Positions 10,232 to 18,869 of a stretch of DNA of 64,000 bases are shown here, in pieces. The stretch is from positions 189,468 to 253,467 of the forward strand of contig NZ_KB899040.1 of NCBI RefSeq assembly GCF_000378005.1. The letters are read 5' to 3'. The notes under the pieces were generated by a model. It was not told where the DNA came from. It did not search any database and saw nothing but the letters and a program-made list of their open reading frames with translations. The DNA is from Coprothermobacter platensis DSM 11748 (GTDB lineage Bacteria; Coprothermobacterota; Coprothermobacteria; Coprothermobacterales; Coprothermobacteraceae). Numbering within the stretch: the first letter of the stretch is position 1; the number at the start of each line of letters is the position of its first letter. The translations under genes and the position numbers were made by a program.

Positions 10232-11999
10232 AAACATTTATAAAGTTCGAAGCCAATTCTGAAAATCCTATCTCTCTTTTTCCATCACTTATATGTAGAG
10301 CTCTTGACTGTATAAGGCTCTTGTCCATTAAAAATGCCAGCAGATCTGCAATGGTTTCCCTTTCATCAACTGGCACCTTTATAGGTTCTAACGAGTCCAC
10401 CGTAACATTTACAAGAGTATAATCTATTTTCTTGTAGAGTATCCCTGGACCGATAATTTCGGGTCCCTTTAGTCGCACAAAACTTTGTTCCTTTATAGAT
10501 AGCATGTTTTCCAATTCGCTCTTGGTAGCAGGTGAAAGTCTGTAATTACGGCCTTCCTCTGGATCGAGAACAGGCTGACCATTTTCATCGACCAATGACA
10601 AGTTTATTTTTTGCCGCATGGAACCTTCAACGATACAGTATAAGTCAATTTTTACCGTTCGTTCCGTGGTATGAAACGTTAACACATCTCCATCATGTAG
10701 AGGTGTTTCCCAATTACTTTTTGAGCCATTAACGTAAGGAACTACATCGTTTTGTTCATAAAGTATGATTTCTTGATTATCATTTCCTAAGAGGACGTTT
10801 ATGGCCTTTGGTTTTCTACTTAAGAGTTGTTCTATGTTTAAGCCTGAACGTGCTAATGCCGATTGAACTGTCGGATGTTCCGTGTTGAGGAAAAAGATGG
10901 AACTACCATTCAAAGAAATACGGATTATATCTCTTTTTACGTCAAGGTATGCGAGTCCTAAAGCAACAGCCCACGTAGGTTTGCTAAGCTCTCCCTTGGC
11001 TTCCAATTTGGCCACATGAACCATTTCTGGGGAAATATCTAAGGCTTGTGCAAGAAACTCATCCAGTTTTGGTGTAAGAGAACCACCACCCACTAGTGCC
11101 ACGGCAGAAGGCGATTTGTCATCGTTTGCTTTCAGTATTTGCTCTGCTAAGTTTACGGCTAAAGTGGACGCTGCTTCAGATATGGCATCGTTGACTTTAG
11201 CCACGTCTATGGAAATTTGTTTTCCGACAATATTTTTCACTTTTTTTGCGTTACTCGGCTTCACTTTTATCTTTTCTGCAACATCCAGCGGCACCATGAA
11301 TTTTTGAGCTATATATTGTGTTATAAATTGTCCAGCCATATTTATGGATGCGAAATTATAAACACGCCCTTCTTTAAAAACTGTTATATCAGATGTGCCT
11401 GCTCCTATGTCCACCAAGGCTATATTGAAATATCTGAGTTCTTGTCTAACAGAAGCTTCTTTGCTCGCTACAGCTTCGCTGTATATGCTTATTATGTTCA
11501 GACCTGCCTCTTTTACTGTATTTATAAGCGAAAGAACAGTGTCTTTTCTAAAGAACTGTAAGACAACCTTGACTTTTAGCAGTTGCCCATGCCGGCCTAT
11601 AGGGTTTTCTACGACCATGTCGTCCAATGTCCATTGAACTATGTCGTAGTCTGACAGTAAATATCCTTCCAGAGAAGCTTTTTCAGTTATTTCAGCAAGT
11701 AACGTTTCCACATCATGTTCCGTGACAAAGTCGGAGAAAACATGCTTTCGTCCTTCAACAGTTTTCACAACCATGCTTTTACCTGCTACCGCTATTAACG
11801 CTGGCAAATTCAAGTCGAAGTTGTATTTTTCCAGAAATGAGCGTAATTCCTTTGCTGCCATGGGTACGTTTTCCACTTGCCCATCTTTTAATATAGAAAA
11901 CTGGTGTTGTTTTAACGCGTAATTTACAATATTGTTCTGCTCATCGACCTCTATAGCGGCAAACTTGTGTGTGCCAATGTCCAAGCATAAACGTTTCAT
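10203..11999 (-). CDS. FtsA/PilM-like actin-fold ATPase (about 350 aa) fused to a 240-aa C-terminal extension of unknown function
   Basis: Actin-fold phosphate motifs LCLDIGTHKFAAIEV, ALVDIGAGTSDITVF and VALVGGGSLTPKLDEFLAQAL. Residues 360-598 have no motif I recognise; the segment YVNGSKSNWETPLHDGDVLTF looks MoaD/ThiS-like. Overlaps the DUF342 gene by 4 nt. Confidence 0.6.
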   Translation of the reverse strand: MKRLCLDIGTHKFAAIEVDEQNNIVNYALKQHQFSILKDGQVENVPMAAKELRSFLEKYNFDLNLPALIAVAGKSMVVKTVEGRKHVFSDFVTEHDVETLLAEITEKASLEGYLLSDYDIVQWTLDDMVVENPIGRHGQLLKVKVVLQFFRKDTVLSLINTVKEAGLNIISIYSEAVASKEASVRQELRYFNIALVDIGAGTSDITVFKEGRVYNFASINMAGQFITQYIAQKFMVPLDVAEKIKVKPSNAKKVKNIVGKQISIDVAKVNDAISEAASTLAVNLAEQILKANDDKSPSAVALVGGGSLTPKLDEFLAQALDISPEMVHVAKLEAKGELSKPTWAVALGLAYLDVKRDIIRISLNGSSIFFLNTEHPTVQSALARSGLNIEQLLSRKPKAINVLLGNDNQEIILYEQNDVVPYVNGSKSNWETPLHDGDVLTFHTTERTVKIDLYCIVEGSMRQKINLSLVDENGQPVLDPEEGRNYRLSPATKSELENMLSIKEQSFVRLKGPEIIGPGILYKKIDYTLVNVTVDSLEPIKVPVDERETIADLLAFLMDKSLIQSRALHISDGKREIGFSELASNFINVFIVYDKSHG

Positions 12000-13579
12000 C
12001 TGGAATTCGCTATCCTCGGAATCGGCGGCGGGTTTATATAAGGTACAAATTTTACTTCGCCGTCTTCAAATAAGAACGTAACGAAGGATAATTCACTTTT
12101 TACTAAATAAACGCTGGAACCGAATCTTATTTCCACATTGGGGTATACAGTGTCTCTTATGAATATCTTTGCTCTTTTGAGCGCTTCTTGCTTTTCTGTG
12201 AGCAGGGTTTTTACACGGTCATCGAGTATCTCTATTTCGGCTGCTAAACTTGCAAGTTTTTCCTCATACATCTTCAGCATCATAGGTGATTTTTTTGTCA
12301 TATCGTCCAGCTCATTGTATTCTTTTCTCTTTTCCATGAGTGTTCTTGAAATGTACTCATATTCTTCAACAAGGGCCTGGGGCCCTGTTATTTGCAGTAC
12401 AACACGTTCAGCTAAGTCATTGCCTACATTTGCAGAAACGATATTCCTTTCTGCGTTTATGGTAGAACCAGAGATACGTCCTTTTGAATGGGTAAGATAC
12501 AAATCTGTACAGCTTACTTGGCTGAACAAAATACCACTTTCTACAACGACAATTGGCGCCTCCACTTTTGCTTTTATTATTTGCCTTGCCATGACAGAAT
12601 TGCCTGCTTTTAACGTGGCCTTGTTATTACCTGCAACAATGCCATCGATTTTTATATTTTGTCCGGCTTCAAGGTAAGAACCTTCCACAACGCCGTGGAC
12701 CTGTATGCTGCTTTTTGCAATGACTTTAAAACCCTCTCTAACGGTACCTGTGATTTGTACAGCATCTACCATTCCTTCTACGTTCCCCGTATGAAAGTCA
12801 ATGTCTCCTGAGATTATCAGTTGAGACACAACATTTATACGGGTTCCTTCTTTCTGAGCTATGCCATCCGTCTTGGCAATAATTCTTAACCCATCCTCGC
12901 TAACTGAGGTGTTTTTTCCCGCCAGTTTTCTTAAATCTATGTCTCTACCATCTTTAGCGGGTAGAATGCGTCCTTTCACGGTAATGCCTGCTTTTCCTTT
13001 TTCTGCAGGGATTTTTTCTACGAGCACCGTTCCGGCAGATACGTAATCCCATTTTGAAACAAGTTCCTTAAAATCAACGTGTTGTTCTTGATCAGTTACC
13101 ATGTTTATGGGTTTTTGATATGACCATTCTAATGAAGCATCCGTGCCGTCTATAGGAGGTTCTCCTTTAGCTATGAGCACTTTTTCAAAGGGTAACTTCA
13201 AAAGTGTTTCTATAACGCTTTCATCTTGTATGACTATACCCTTATCTTTTAGTATCTTCAAAATGTCTTGCTTTGTCATTTGGTAAGAACAAAAACCTGG
13301 TAGATAAGTGGCGTAAGCTTCCATTTCATCAGAGGATATTTCCAAAGCCAAATCAGGTGGAACCAATTCTTTGCTCACAGGTACCCAAGTACCTGCATTT
13401 TTTATGGCATCAATGATTAGATCCAGTTTTTCTACTGGTATTCGCATCTCTCTTAAGACGTTTAAAACCTTATTAGGGCTCGTCGCACTGTCTTCCACAC
13501 ATAACTCTATGCCGTTCTCTCCGCAACGAACAATTATGCCATCTTTCCTTATTTCGCTACTATCAATGTTTATGCTCAA
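11996..13579 (-). CDS. DUF342 (FapA-like, flagellar-assembly-associated) protein
   Basis: 527 aa with a repetitive central region resembling a beta-helix (IKIDGIVAGNNKATLKAGNSVMARQIIKAKVEAPIVVV...). Has a coiled-coil segment and the C-terminal YPNVEIRFGSSVY motif typical of DUF342. Confidence 0.75.
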   Translation of the reverse strand: MSINIDSSEIRKDGIIVRCGENGIELCVEDSATSPNKVLNVLREMRIPVEKLDLIIDAIKNAGTWVPVSKELVPPDLALEISSDEMEAYATYLPGFCSYQMTKQDILKILKDKGIVIQDESVIETLLKLPFEKVLIAKGEPPIDGTDASLEWSYQKPINMVTDQEQHVDFKELVSKWDYVSAGTVLVEKIPAEKGKAGITVKGRILPAKDGRDIDLRKLAGKNTSVSEDGLRIIAKTDGIAQKEGTRINVVSQLIISGDIDFHTGNVEGMVDAVQITGTVREGFKVIAKSSIQVHGVVEGSYLEAGQNIKIDGIVAGNNKATLKAGNSVMARQIIKAKVEAPIVVVESGILFSQVSCTDLYLTHSKGRISGSTINAERNIVSANVGNDLAERVVLQITGPQALVEEYEYISRTLMEKRKEYNELDDMTKKSPMMLKMYEEKLASLAAEIEILDDRVKTLLTEKQEALKRAKIFIRDTVYPNVEIRFGSSVYLVKSELSFVTFLFEDGEVKFVPYINPPPIPRIANSR

Positions 13580-14396
13580 TGTTCTCGCCCCCCAGTCGTA
13601 TTTCCGCTACTGAAAGCGGATGGCATCCTTCTTCGTTAAGAAGAGATAGGATTGATTCCTGCATGGAGAAACCGAAAGAAACAATATCAGAAGTTTTGAC
13701 AGCGGCGCGCACGGTTACCTTTACACCACTTTGAGACAATTCTACAAAGACTGTTGGTTCTTCCACAACCCTTTTATCCTCCCTCAGCATCTGCAAAAGC
13801 TTCTCTTTAATAATAAGATATTTTTGCGGACAATCGATGTAGAAGGAAAAATTCCAAAGCCTATTTGCGCTTCTGGTGTTGTTAATGATGGGCCCTTCCA
13901 CAAGCAACTTATTAGGTATGGTAATTTCGGTTCTTTCTAATGTTTCGATGTTTGTGGTAAGTACGTTTATGGCTTTCACAGAGCCTGAAAAGTTATTGAT
14001 TGTGACCCAGTCACCGATATCAAATGGCTTCTGAGCTAATATCATCATTCCAGCGAATAGATTAGCCAATATGTTCTGTGTTGCTAATCCAACTACCAGA
14101 CCTGTTATACTTACGCCTGCCAATATTGACGTGTAAGACATACCTGCAATTCTAAGTGCACCCAAAAAAGCTATGATTACCACAACATAATAAAAGAACG
14201 ATAGCCAGAAACTAATGGTTATACCTGAAATGCTTGGATGTGCTTGTAATTTTACTTTCGAGCTTTTTATCAAAGCAACGGTGATGCGTTGAACCAATAT
14301 AAAAAACAATATGGCTAAGAGTACGTAAAACCCTCTAGTCATAATGTTGTTTAAGAAGGATAATAGTTGACCATATAAATCGTCAAAACTACCCAT
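13563..14396 (-). CDS. mscS: Small-conductance mechanosensitive channel MscS family protein
   Basis: Three TM helices followed by NLFAGMMILAQKPFDIGDWVTINNFSGSVKAINVLTTNIETLERTEITIPN, the MscS pore and beta domain. An alternative start at the MTRG codon 14342 is possible. Confidence 0.85.
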   Translation of the reverse strand: MGSFDDLYGQLLSFLNNIMTRGFYVLLAILFFILVQRITVALIKSSKVKLQAHPSISGITISFWLSFFYYVVVIIAFLGALRIAGMSYTSILAGVSITGLVVGLATQNILANLFAGMMILAQKPFDIGDWVTINNFSGSVKAINVLTTNIETLERTEITIPNKLLVEGPIINNTRSANRLWNFSFYIDCPQKYLIIKEKLLQMLREDKRVVEEPTVFVELSQSGVKVTVRAAVKTSDIVSFGFSMQESILSLLNEEGCHPLSVAEIRLGGENIEHKH

Positions 14397-14414
14397 GTTA
14401 ACATTATATAAGTT

Positions 14415-15227
14415 ATGGGAGGGAAGAGATTTGCTTTTATACGCTTGTTGGCTTTTTTTCTTACTTCTGTGCTATTGTGTTCTTGTGCGGCTCCACCTTC
14501 AAACAATCGAATAGCTATAGTAGGAGGTCCCGCTTATGCCATTGTCAGTGAAATTGCTTCCAAAGATGAAATTGTAAATGCCACGCCTTTAGCGGGAGAT
14601 CCACATTTTTTGGAAGTAACAGCATCATTATCAAAGGCTCTTGAACAGTCTGTGGCTATTATTTCATTAGGAGCATCATCGGACAGGAAGATCGTTGAAT
14701 CATTTCACAAGCCATTGTTGTTCCTATTGCCAGCAAATACTAAGGACCCTCATTTGTGGCTTTCTCCTAAGCGTGTCATAGAATGGGTTCCCTCTATTGA
14801 GTCATTCTTGGATGATTATTTTCCTGAAAACAAGAAAGAGCATAGCGCTAATGCAAAACGTTTCTTAACGCAATTGTATTCCTTCGATGCAGTGTTCCAT
14901 ACATTTTCAGGTTCATGTTTCATCACGCAGCACCCTGCTTTTGCCATTGTCCAAGAAGATTACTCGTGGAACATAGCAGGTACCTTAGAAATAGGAGAAG
15001 TTGAAATATCACCACGTAAATTAGCTGCTCTTTCCCGCGTTGTTGCGACACAACGTTCCTGCATCCTTCTTCTAAATCCTAATGAGGAGTCTAAGACGGC
15101 TGAGGTGTTAAAACAGCAGTTGAAGCTACCTTCTGTGTACTTTGATTTGATGGAATTGGCTACTGGCACATATACGTCTATAATGGAACAAAACATAAGT
15201 AAACTGATGGATGTTATTAAAAGATGA
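14415..15227 (+). CDS. znuA: Metal (Zn/Mn) ABC transporter substrate-binding lipoprotein, TroA/ZnuA family
   Basis: Signal peptide with lipobox LLCSC; DPHFLEV and DPHLWLSP metal-binding motifs. Confidence 0.8.
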   Translation: MGGKRFAFIRLLAFFLTSVLLCSCAAPPSNNRIAIVGGPAYAIVSEIASKDEIVNATPLAGDPHFLEVTASLSKALEQSVAIISLGASSDRKIVESFHKPLLFLLPANTKDPHLWLSPKRVIEWVPSIESFLDDYFPENKKEHSANAKRFLTQLYSFDAVFHTFSGSCFITQHPAFAIVQEDYSWNIAGTLEIGEVEISPRKLAALSRVVATQRSCILLLNPNEESKTAEVLKQQLKLPSVYFDLMELATGTYTSIMEQNISKLMDVIKR

Positions 15228-15907
15228 AAGTAAATGAACAGACACTGCTTTCCGTTGATAATCTGACTGTCGGTTATGACAAGCCTTTAATAAGTAGGAT
15301 TTCCTTTCAAATAACCCGTGGGCAGTCTTTAGGCATTATAGGCCCAAACGGAGCCGGTAAAAGTACACTGGTTCGTACGATTCTTGGTATTCAAATGCCT
15401 TTGGAAGGTTCTGTAAGTTTTTTAGGTTCGGCTGTACGTGCACTTCGAGCAGATCAGAGGATTTTGCTTAGTTATGTTCCTCAACGTGCTGCAGTGGACT
15501 TGTCTTTTCCTGTAACACTTCGGGATGTGGTTTATATGTCGCTTTTGACCCAAATGCGCTCAGGTATGATGACAGTTGAAGAAGCCGATACACGAATACA
15601 ATCGGTGTTATCACGCTTTGGATTTAATGACATGTACGTTCCCCTGAGAAAACTATCAGGAGGACAGCTACAAAGACTTCTTATAGCTAGAGCACTCGTT
15701 AATGAGCCTCTGCTTACTATCATGGATGAGCCGACTTCCAATTTAGATCCTGCTTTCACTGACGCGTTCTACAGCATATTGGATGAAGGAAAGAAGCATG
15801 GTAAAGCATTTATTATTGTTTCACATGACTTGGAAGGGGTTCGAAGAGTAGTAGATAAATGTCTGATTATTAACTTTGATAGCTGGGAGCTAAGAGATCA
15901 TGCTTAG
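15224..15907 (+). CDS. znuC: Metal ABC transporter ATP-binding protein (ZnuC-like)
   Basis: Walker A GPNGAGKSTL, signature LSGGQLQRLLIARAL, Walker B IMDEPTSNLD. Confidence 0.85.
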   Translation: MKVNEQTLLSVDNLTVGYDKPLISRISFQITRGQSLGIIGPNGAGKSTLVRTILGIQMPLEGSVSFLGSAVRALRADQRILLSYVPQRAAVDLSFPVTLRDVVYMSLLTQMRSGMMTVEEADTRIQSVLSRFGFNDMYVPLRKLSGGQLQRLLIARALVNEPLLTIMDEPTSNLDPAFTDAFYSILDEGKKHGKAFIIVSHDLEGVRRVVDKCLIINFDSWELRDHA

Positions 15908-16688
15908 TTATACATTCATGCAAAGAGCATTGGTTGAGGTTTTGATGCTGTCGTTAGGACTTGGGCTACTCACCATATTGGTAAACTTACGCGATTTGGG
16001 TGTACTGGGTACAGGAATTGGACATGCTGCCTTTACTGGAGGGGTACTCGGTGCTATTTTTGGCATGCCTTGGTTGTGGATGGTAGCAACAGGTATGGTT
16101 GTAGCTTTGTTGTCTCAAAGAATAGAAGGGAAACGCGTTTCCAGCTCTAATTCAGTGATAGTCGCATTTACGTTTATATTAGCTTTAGGCTTGATTTTAT
16201 CGTATTTTATTCCTGAGCAAGTTTCTACTGTTATGGGATTGCTCTTCGGTTCTATGGTTGGTGTAGATATTACAGATTTGGCTCTTACTGCCATAGGTAC
16301 AGCGGCCATTGCTGTCTTTTTCTTTTCCCGATACTGGGACATACTCAGCACAACCTTTGACGAAGAATATGCTTCTGTTTCTGGAATAGCAGCGGGTTCT
16401 ATCAGGCTCATCATTTCCGTACTACTGGCATTTTATATAACGGTGACCATAAGAGCAGTAGGCACACTTATGGTTGAAGCACTTTTGGTTTTACCGGGCG
16501 CTGTGTCACTGCAATTAACCGATTCTTATCATACGTCATGGAAAATATCTACCATTATTATCGGTTTGTCCGGTTTACTTGCATTAGCCTCTGCGTTCTT
16601 TTGGAACCTACCTGTATCGCCTTTGATGGTTTTGTTTCTTTCTGTATTATTTCTAATCTCTCGTTTTGTACACAGACATAATGTGTGA
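15900..16688 (+). CDS. znuB: Metal ABC transporter permease (ZnuB/TroC-like, ABC-3)
   Basis: 262-aa polytopic membrane protein overlapping the znuC end. Gly-rich TM helices typical of the ABC-3 family. Confidence 0.8.
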   Translation: MLSYTFMQRALVEVLMLSLGLGLLTILVNLRDLGVLGTGIGHAAFTGGVLGAIFGMPWLWMVATGMVVALLSQRIEGKRVSSSNSVIVAFTFILALGLILSYFIPEQVSTVMGLLFGSMVGVDITDLALTAIGTAAIAVFFFSRYWDILSTTFDEEYASVSGIAAGSIRLIISVLLAFYITVTIRAVGTLMVEALLVLPGAVSLQLTDSYHTSWKISTIIIGLSGLLALASAFFWNLPVSPLMVLFLSVLFLISRFVHRHNV

Positions 16689-16758
16689 TTGTTAAGCCTA
16701 TTTGCCTATAAAAAACGTGAAAGGCGATATTAGCGATATAATTGTCACGTAACAATGG

Positions 16759-17499
16759 ATGAGCGGAGGAAAAGGAGGCTTTGAATTGATCGAAGTTCAG
16801 AATCTTCAAAAACATTTCGGGAATGTTGAGGCGTTAAAAGGCGTATCTTTTAATTGCAAAAGTGGTCAGGTTACAGGACTTTTGGGTCCTAATGGCGCTG
16901 GCAAGACGACTACTATAAGGATTCTTAGTACAATTCTCAAACCTATAAGTGGGAGCGCCAAGGTGAACGGTTTTGACGTAGTGAAAGATGCTTCCAAAGT
17001 ACGTTCTTCTCTTGGAGTGGTATTAGAGAACACGGGTTTATACCGTAGGCTCACTGGCGACGAAAACGTGCTCTATTTTGCAGACCTCGCTGGCGTGTCA
17101 AGACCGGAAGCGTACAAGAGAATGGAAGTGCTTTATAAATTGCTGGAAATTGATTACGGAAAAAGGCAAGCAGGGACTTATTCAAAAGGCATGGCTCAAA
17201 AGCTCAATTTGGTGCGTGCAGTTATTCATGATCCTCCTGTTCTCATATTAGATGAGCCTACTGCGGGCCTTGATGTTCCCAGCACATTGGCTGTCCGCAC
17301 ATTTGTGAAACAACAAAGGGACAGTGGTAAAACAGTTCTCTTTAGTACGCATTTGATGAATGAAGCGGAGCTTTTATGCGACTATGTTTACATCATTAAT
17401 CTTGGCTCCATCGTGGCAGAAGGAAGCCCAGAAGAGCTAAAGCAACGTACGCAAAGCAATTCGCTGGAAGAGGCATTCATGAAGGTGGTGAAGCAATGA
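16759..17499 (+). CDS. ABC-2 type transporter ATP-binding protein (NatA-like)
   Basis: Walker A LGPNGAGKTTTIRIL, Q-loop, signature YSKGMAQKL, Walker B LILDEPTAGLD. Confidence 0.85.
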   Translation: MSGGKGGFELIEVQNLQKHFGNVEALKGVSFNCKSGQVTGLLGPNGAGKTTTIRILSTILKPISGSAKVNGFDVVKDASKVRSSLGVVLENTGLYRRLTGDENVLYFADLAGVSRPEAYKRMEVLYKLLEIDYGKRQAGTYSKGMAQKLNLVRAVIHDPPVLILDEPTAGLDVPSTLAVRTFVKQQRDSGKTVLFSTHLMNEAELLCDYVYIINLGSIVAEGSPEELKQRTQSNSLEEAFMKVVKQ

Positions 17500-18674
17500 A
17501 ATCCATTTTTGCTGTAATGAGGAAGGAAATAAAAGAAGCTTTCAGAGATCGCCGAACACTTATCATGAGTGTATTGTTACCAGCGGTACTTGTGCCTGCT
17601 ATCGTGCTTGGAATATTCTATTTCGAAGGGCAATCGGTAAAGCAAGAGACAAAAAGTGGCTACACGGTAGCGTTTCAAGGTAGTGAAGAACTCCGTTCTT
17701 TCCTTGCCAATGCAAACTTAAAAGTGATCGATTCCAAAGACGTTAGCGACATGGTTCTGCAAAAGAAGGCTGACGTAGGTGTAGTTGAAGAACAAACAAG
17801 CTCTCATTCTCAGATTACAGTGGTTACATCCTTCGCTTCTGGAAGCAAAGGAGAAAACGCTGCAAGTTATGTTAATGGCATTCTACCGAGCTATCGTGAG
17901 CTTCGAATAAAGCAGTATCTTGCCACTAAAGGCATAAAAGATGATGTGTTTTCTTTAGTTGTCGTTCAAAGCAAGCAAGTAGGAGAACCCAATGCGTTCT
18001 TAAAGTTCATGTTAGCTTATATTGTATCTTTAGTCATGCTGAGCAGTGGTTTTGTAGGTAATGTTTATCTTGGCACAGATATCGGGGCCGGTGAAAAGGA
18101 AAGAGGAACACTTGAAAGTTTATTAGCTACGCCTGTTTCACGTTTTCACATTGCTATGGGTAAGTGGCTTGCTTTAGCTGTTTTGAACAGCATAGGTACA
18201 TTGATAACTCTACTGTCGTTTACCTTTTCCTATACTTATGCATTGACGAATTTTGACTTGGGTTTAGGTGTGACTGCTGGTACGTCTGCCCTAAGCATCT
18301 GGGGGTCAGGCATATGGGCAATGGTTATAGGAGCCATATTACTTTCTTTAACAGGTGCCGCTTTGCAATTCATTATTTCTATTTACAGCAGGAATATGCG
18401 AGAAGCACAACTGTATCTGGGACAAATGGGTATGGTCATATTGCCTTTCATATTCGTTCTTATTCCTTCTCTTACTAATGCCACAGCAATGCCTACGTGG
18501 TTATATTTCGTCCCCATCGTTAATGCTTCGGCTGTTACATATAATGTCATTATTGGGAACGTCGTTTGGCCGCTTATAGGTATGGCGTTCTTGATAGATG
18601 TTGTGGTTGCTATAATTTTGGCGTTAGTCGTTAGCAAATTTATGAACAAAGAAAGCGTAATCTTGAGAATTTAA
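17496..18674 (+). CDS. ABC-2 family transporter permease (NatB-like)
   Basis: 392 aa with N-terminal TM helix, a large extracytoplasmic loop and about five C-terminal TM helices. Overlaps the preceding ATPase gene by 4 nt. Confidence 0.7.
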   Translation: MKSIFAVMRKEIKEAFRDRRTLIMSVLLPAVLVPAIVLGIFYFEGQSVKQETKSGYTVAFQGSEELRSFLANANLKVIDSKDVSDMVLQKKADVGVVEEQTSSHSQITVVTSFASGSKGENAASYVNGILPSYRELRIKQYLATKGIKDDVFSLVVVQSKQVGEPNAFLKFMLAYIVSLVMLSSGFVGNVYLGTDIGAGEKERGTLESLLATPVSRFHIAMGKWLALAVLNSIGTLITLLSFTFSYTYALTNFDLGLGVTAGTSALSIWGSGIWAMVIGAILLSLTGAALQFIISIYSRNMREAQLYLGQMGMVILPFIFVLIPSLTNATAMPTWLYFVPIVNASAVTYNVIIGNVVWPLIGMAFLIDVVVAIILALVVSKFMNKESVILRI

Positions 18675-18690
18675 TTCATCATGTTATAAT
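18663..18690 (+). promoter_or_regulatory. Sigma-70-type promoter with extended -10 (TTGAGA, 16 nt spacer, TGtTATAAT)
   Basis: TTGAGA at 18663-18668, TG at 18682-18683, TATAAT at 18685-18690. Predicted transcription start about 18697-18699, at the 5' strand of the leader's closing helix. Confidence 0.45.
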
Positions 18691-18697
18691 TAGGTTA

Positions 18698-18852
18698 GCC
18701 TGCCGTGTGCGTAAATAGGGGCAGAAGTGCATCCAACAAGTGCGTCTTGGGAGCTCGAATTCCATCTCCCTTCCAGGAGGTGGAAGGGAAGCGCCCACCT
18801 GTGTGACAGGGACGCAGCTTTCTGGCCCTGTACGGCACGGCGGGTTTGTTTT
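18698..18852 (+). ncRNA. GC-rich structured 5' leader RNA of unknown class (candidate riboswitch or regulatory leader)
   Basis: About 60% GC against a roughly 42% GC background. A 10-bp closing helix pairs 18698-18707 with 18836-18845 and is followed by UUGUUUU. Four internal helices are nested inside. See findings for detail. Confidence 0.4.
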
Positions 18853-18869
18853 AAGAGGGGAGGCATGTC

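Noticed and set aside
12138-12677. 179-aa plus-strand ORF antisense to the DUF342 gene. Similar antisense ORFs occur at 20142-20552 and 21554-21992 inside dnaJ and dnaK, and at 4923-5120 and 5211-5441 inside flhA.
   Set aside because: They are antisense shadows of strongly supported genes. They have low-complexity Ser/Phe-rich translations and no RBS.
18751-18762. Adjacent SacI and EcoRI sites (GAGCTCGAATTC) inside the structured leader. This is identical to the reverse complement of the first 12 nt of the pUC19 polylinker, which raises the possibility of vector contamination or an engineered insert.
   Set aside because: The match does not extend beyond 12 nt on either side (cttggGAGCTCGAATTCcatctc versus pUC GGTACCGAGCTCGAATTCACTGGC). 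The segment participates in a plausible native fold. Two adjacent 6-bp palindromes in GC-rich RNA are within chance.
18698-18852. Signal-recognition-particle RNA. The GGAAGGGAAGCGCC segment resembles the conserved SRP domain IV sequence GGAAGGAAGCAGCC.
   Set aside because: The 5' partner strand (CAGGAGGU) cannot form the required GNRA-capped helix. Here GGAA is part of the 3' arm of a simple 8-bp hairpin, and no Alu-like or terminal helix of SRP RNA is present.
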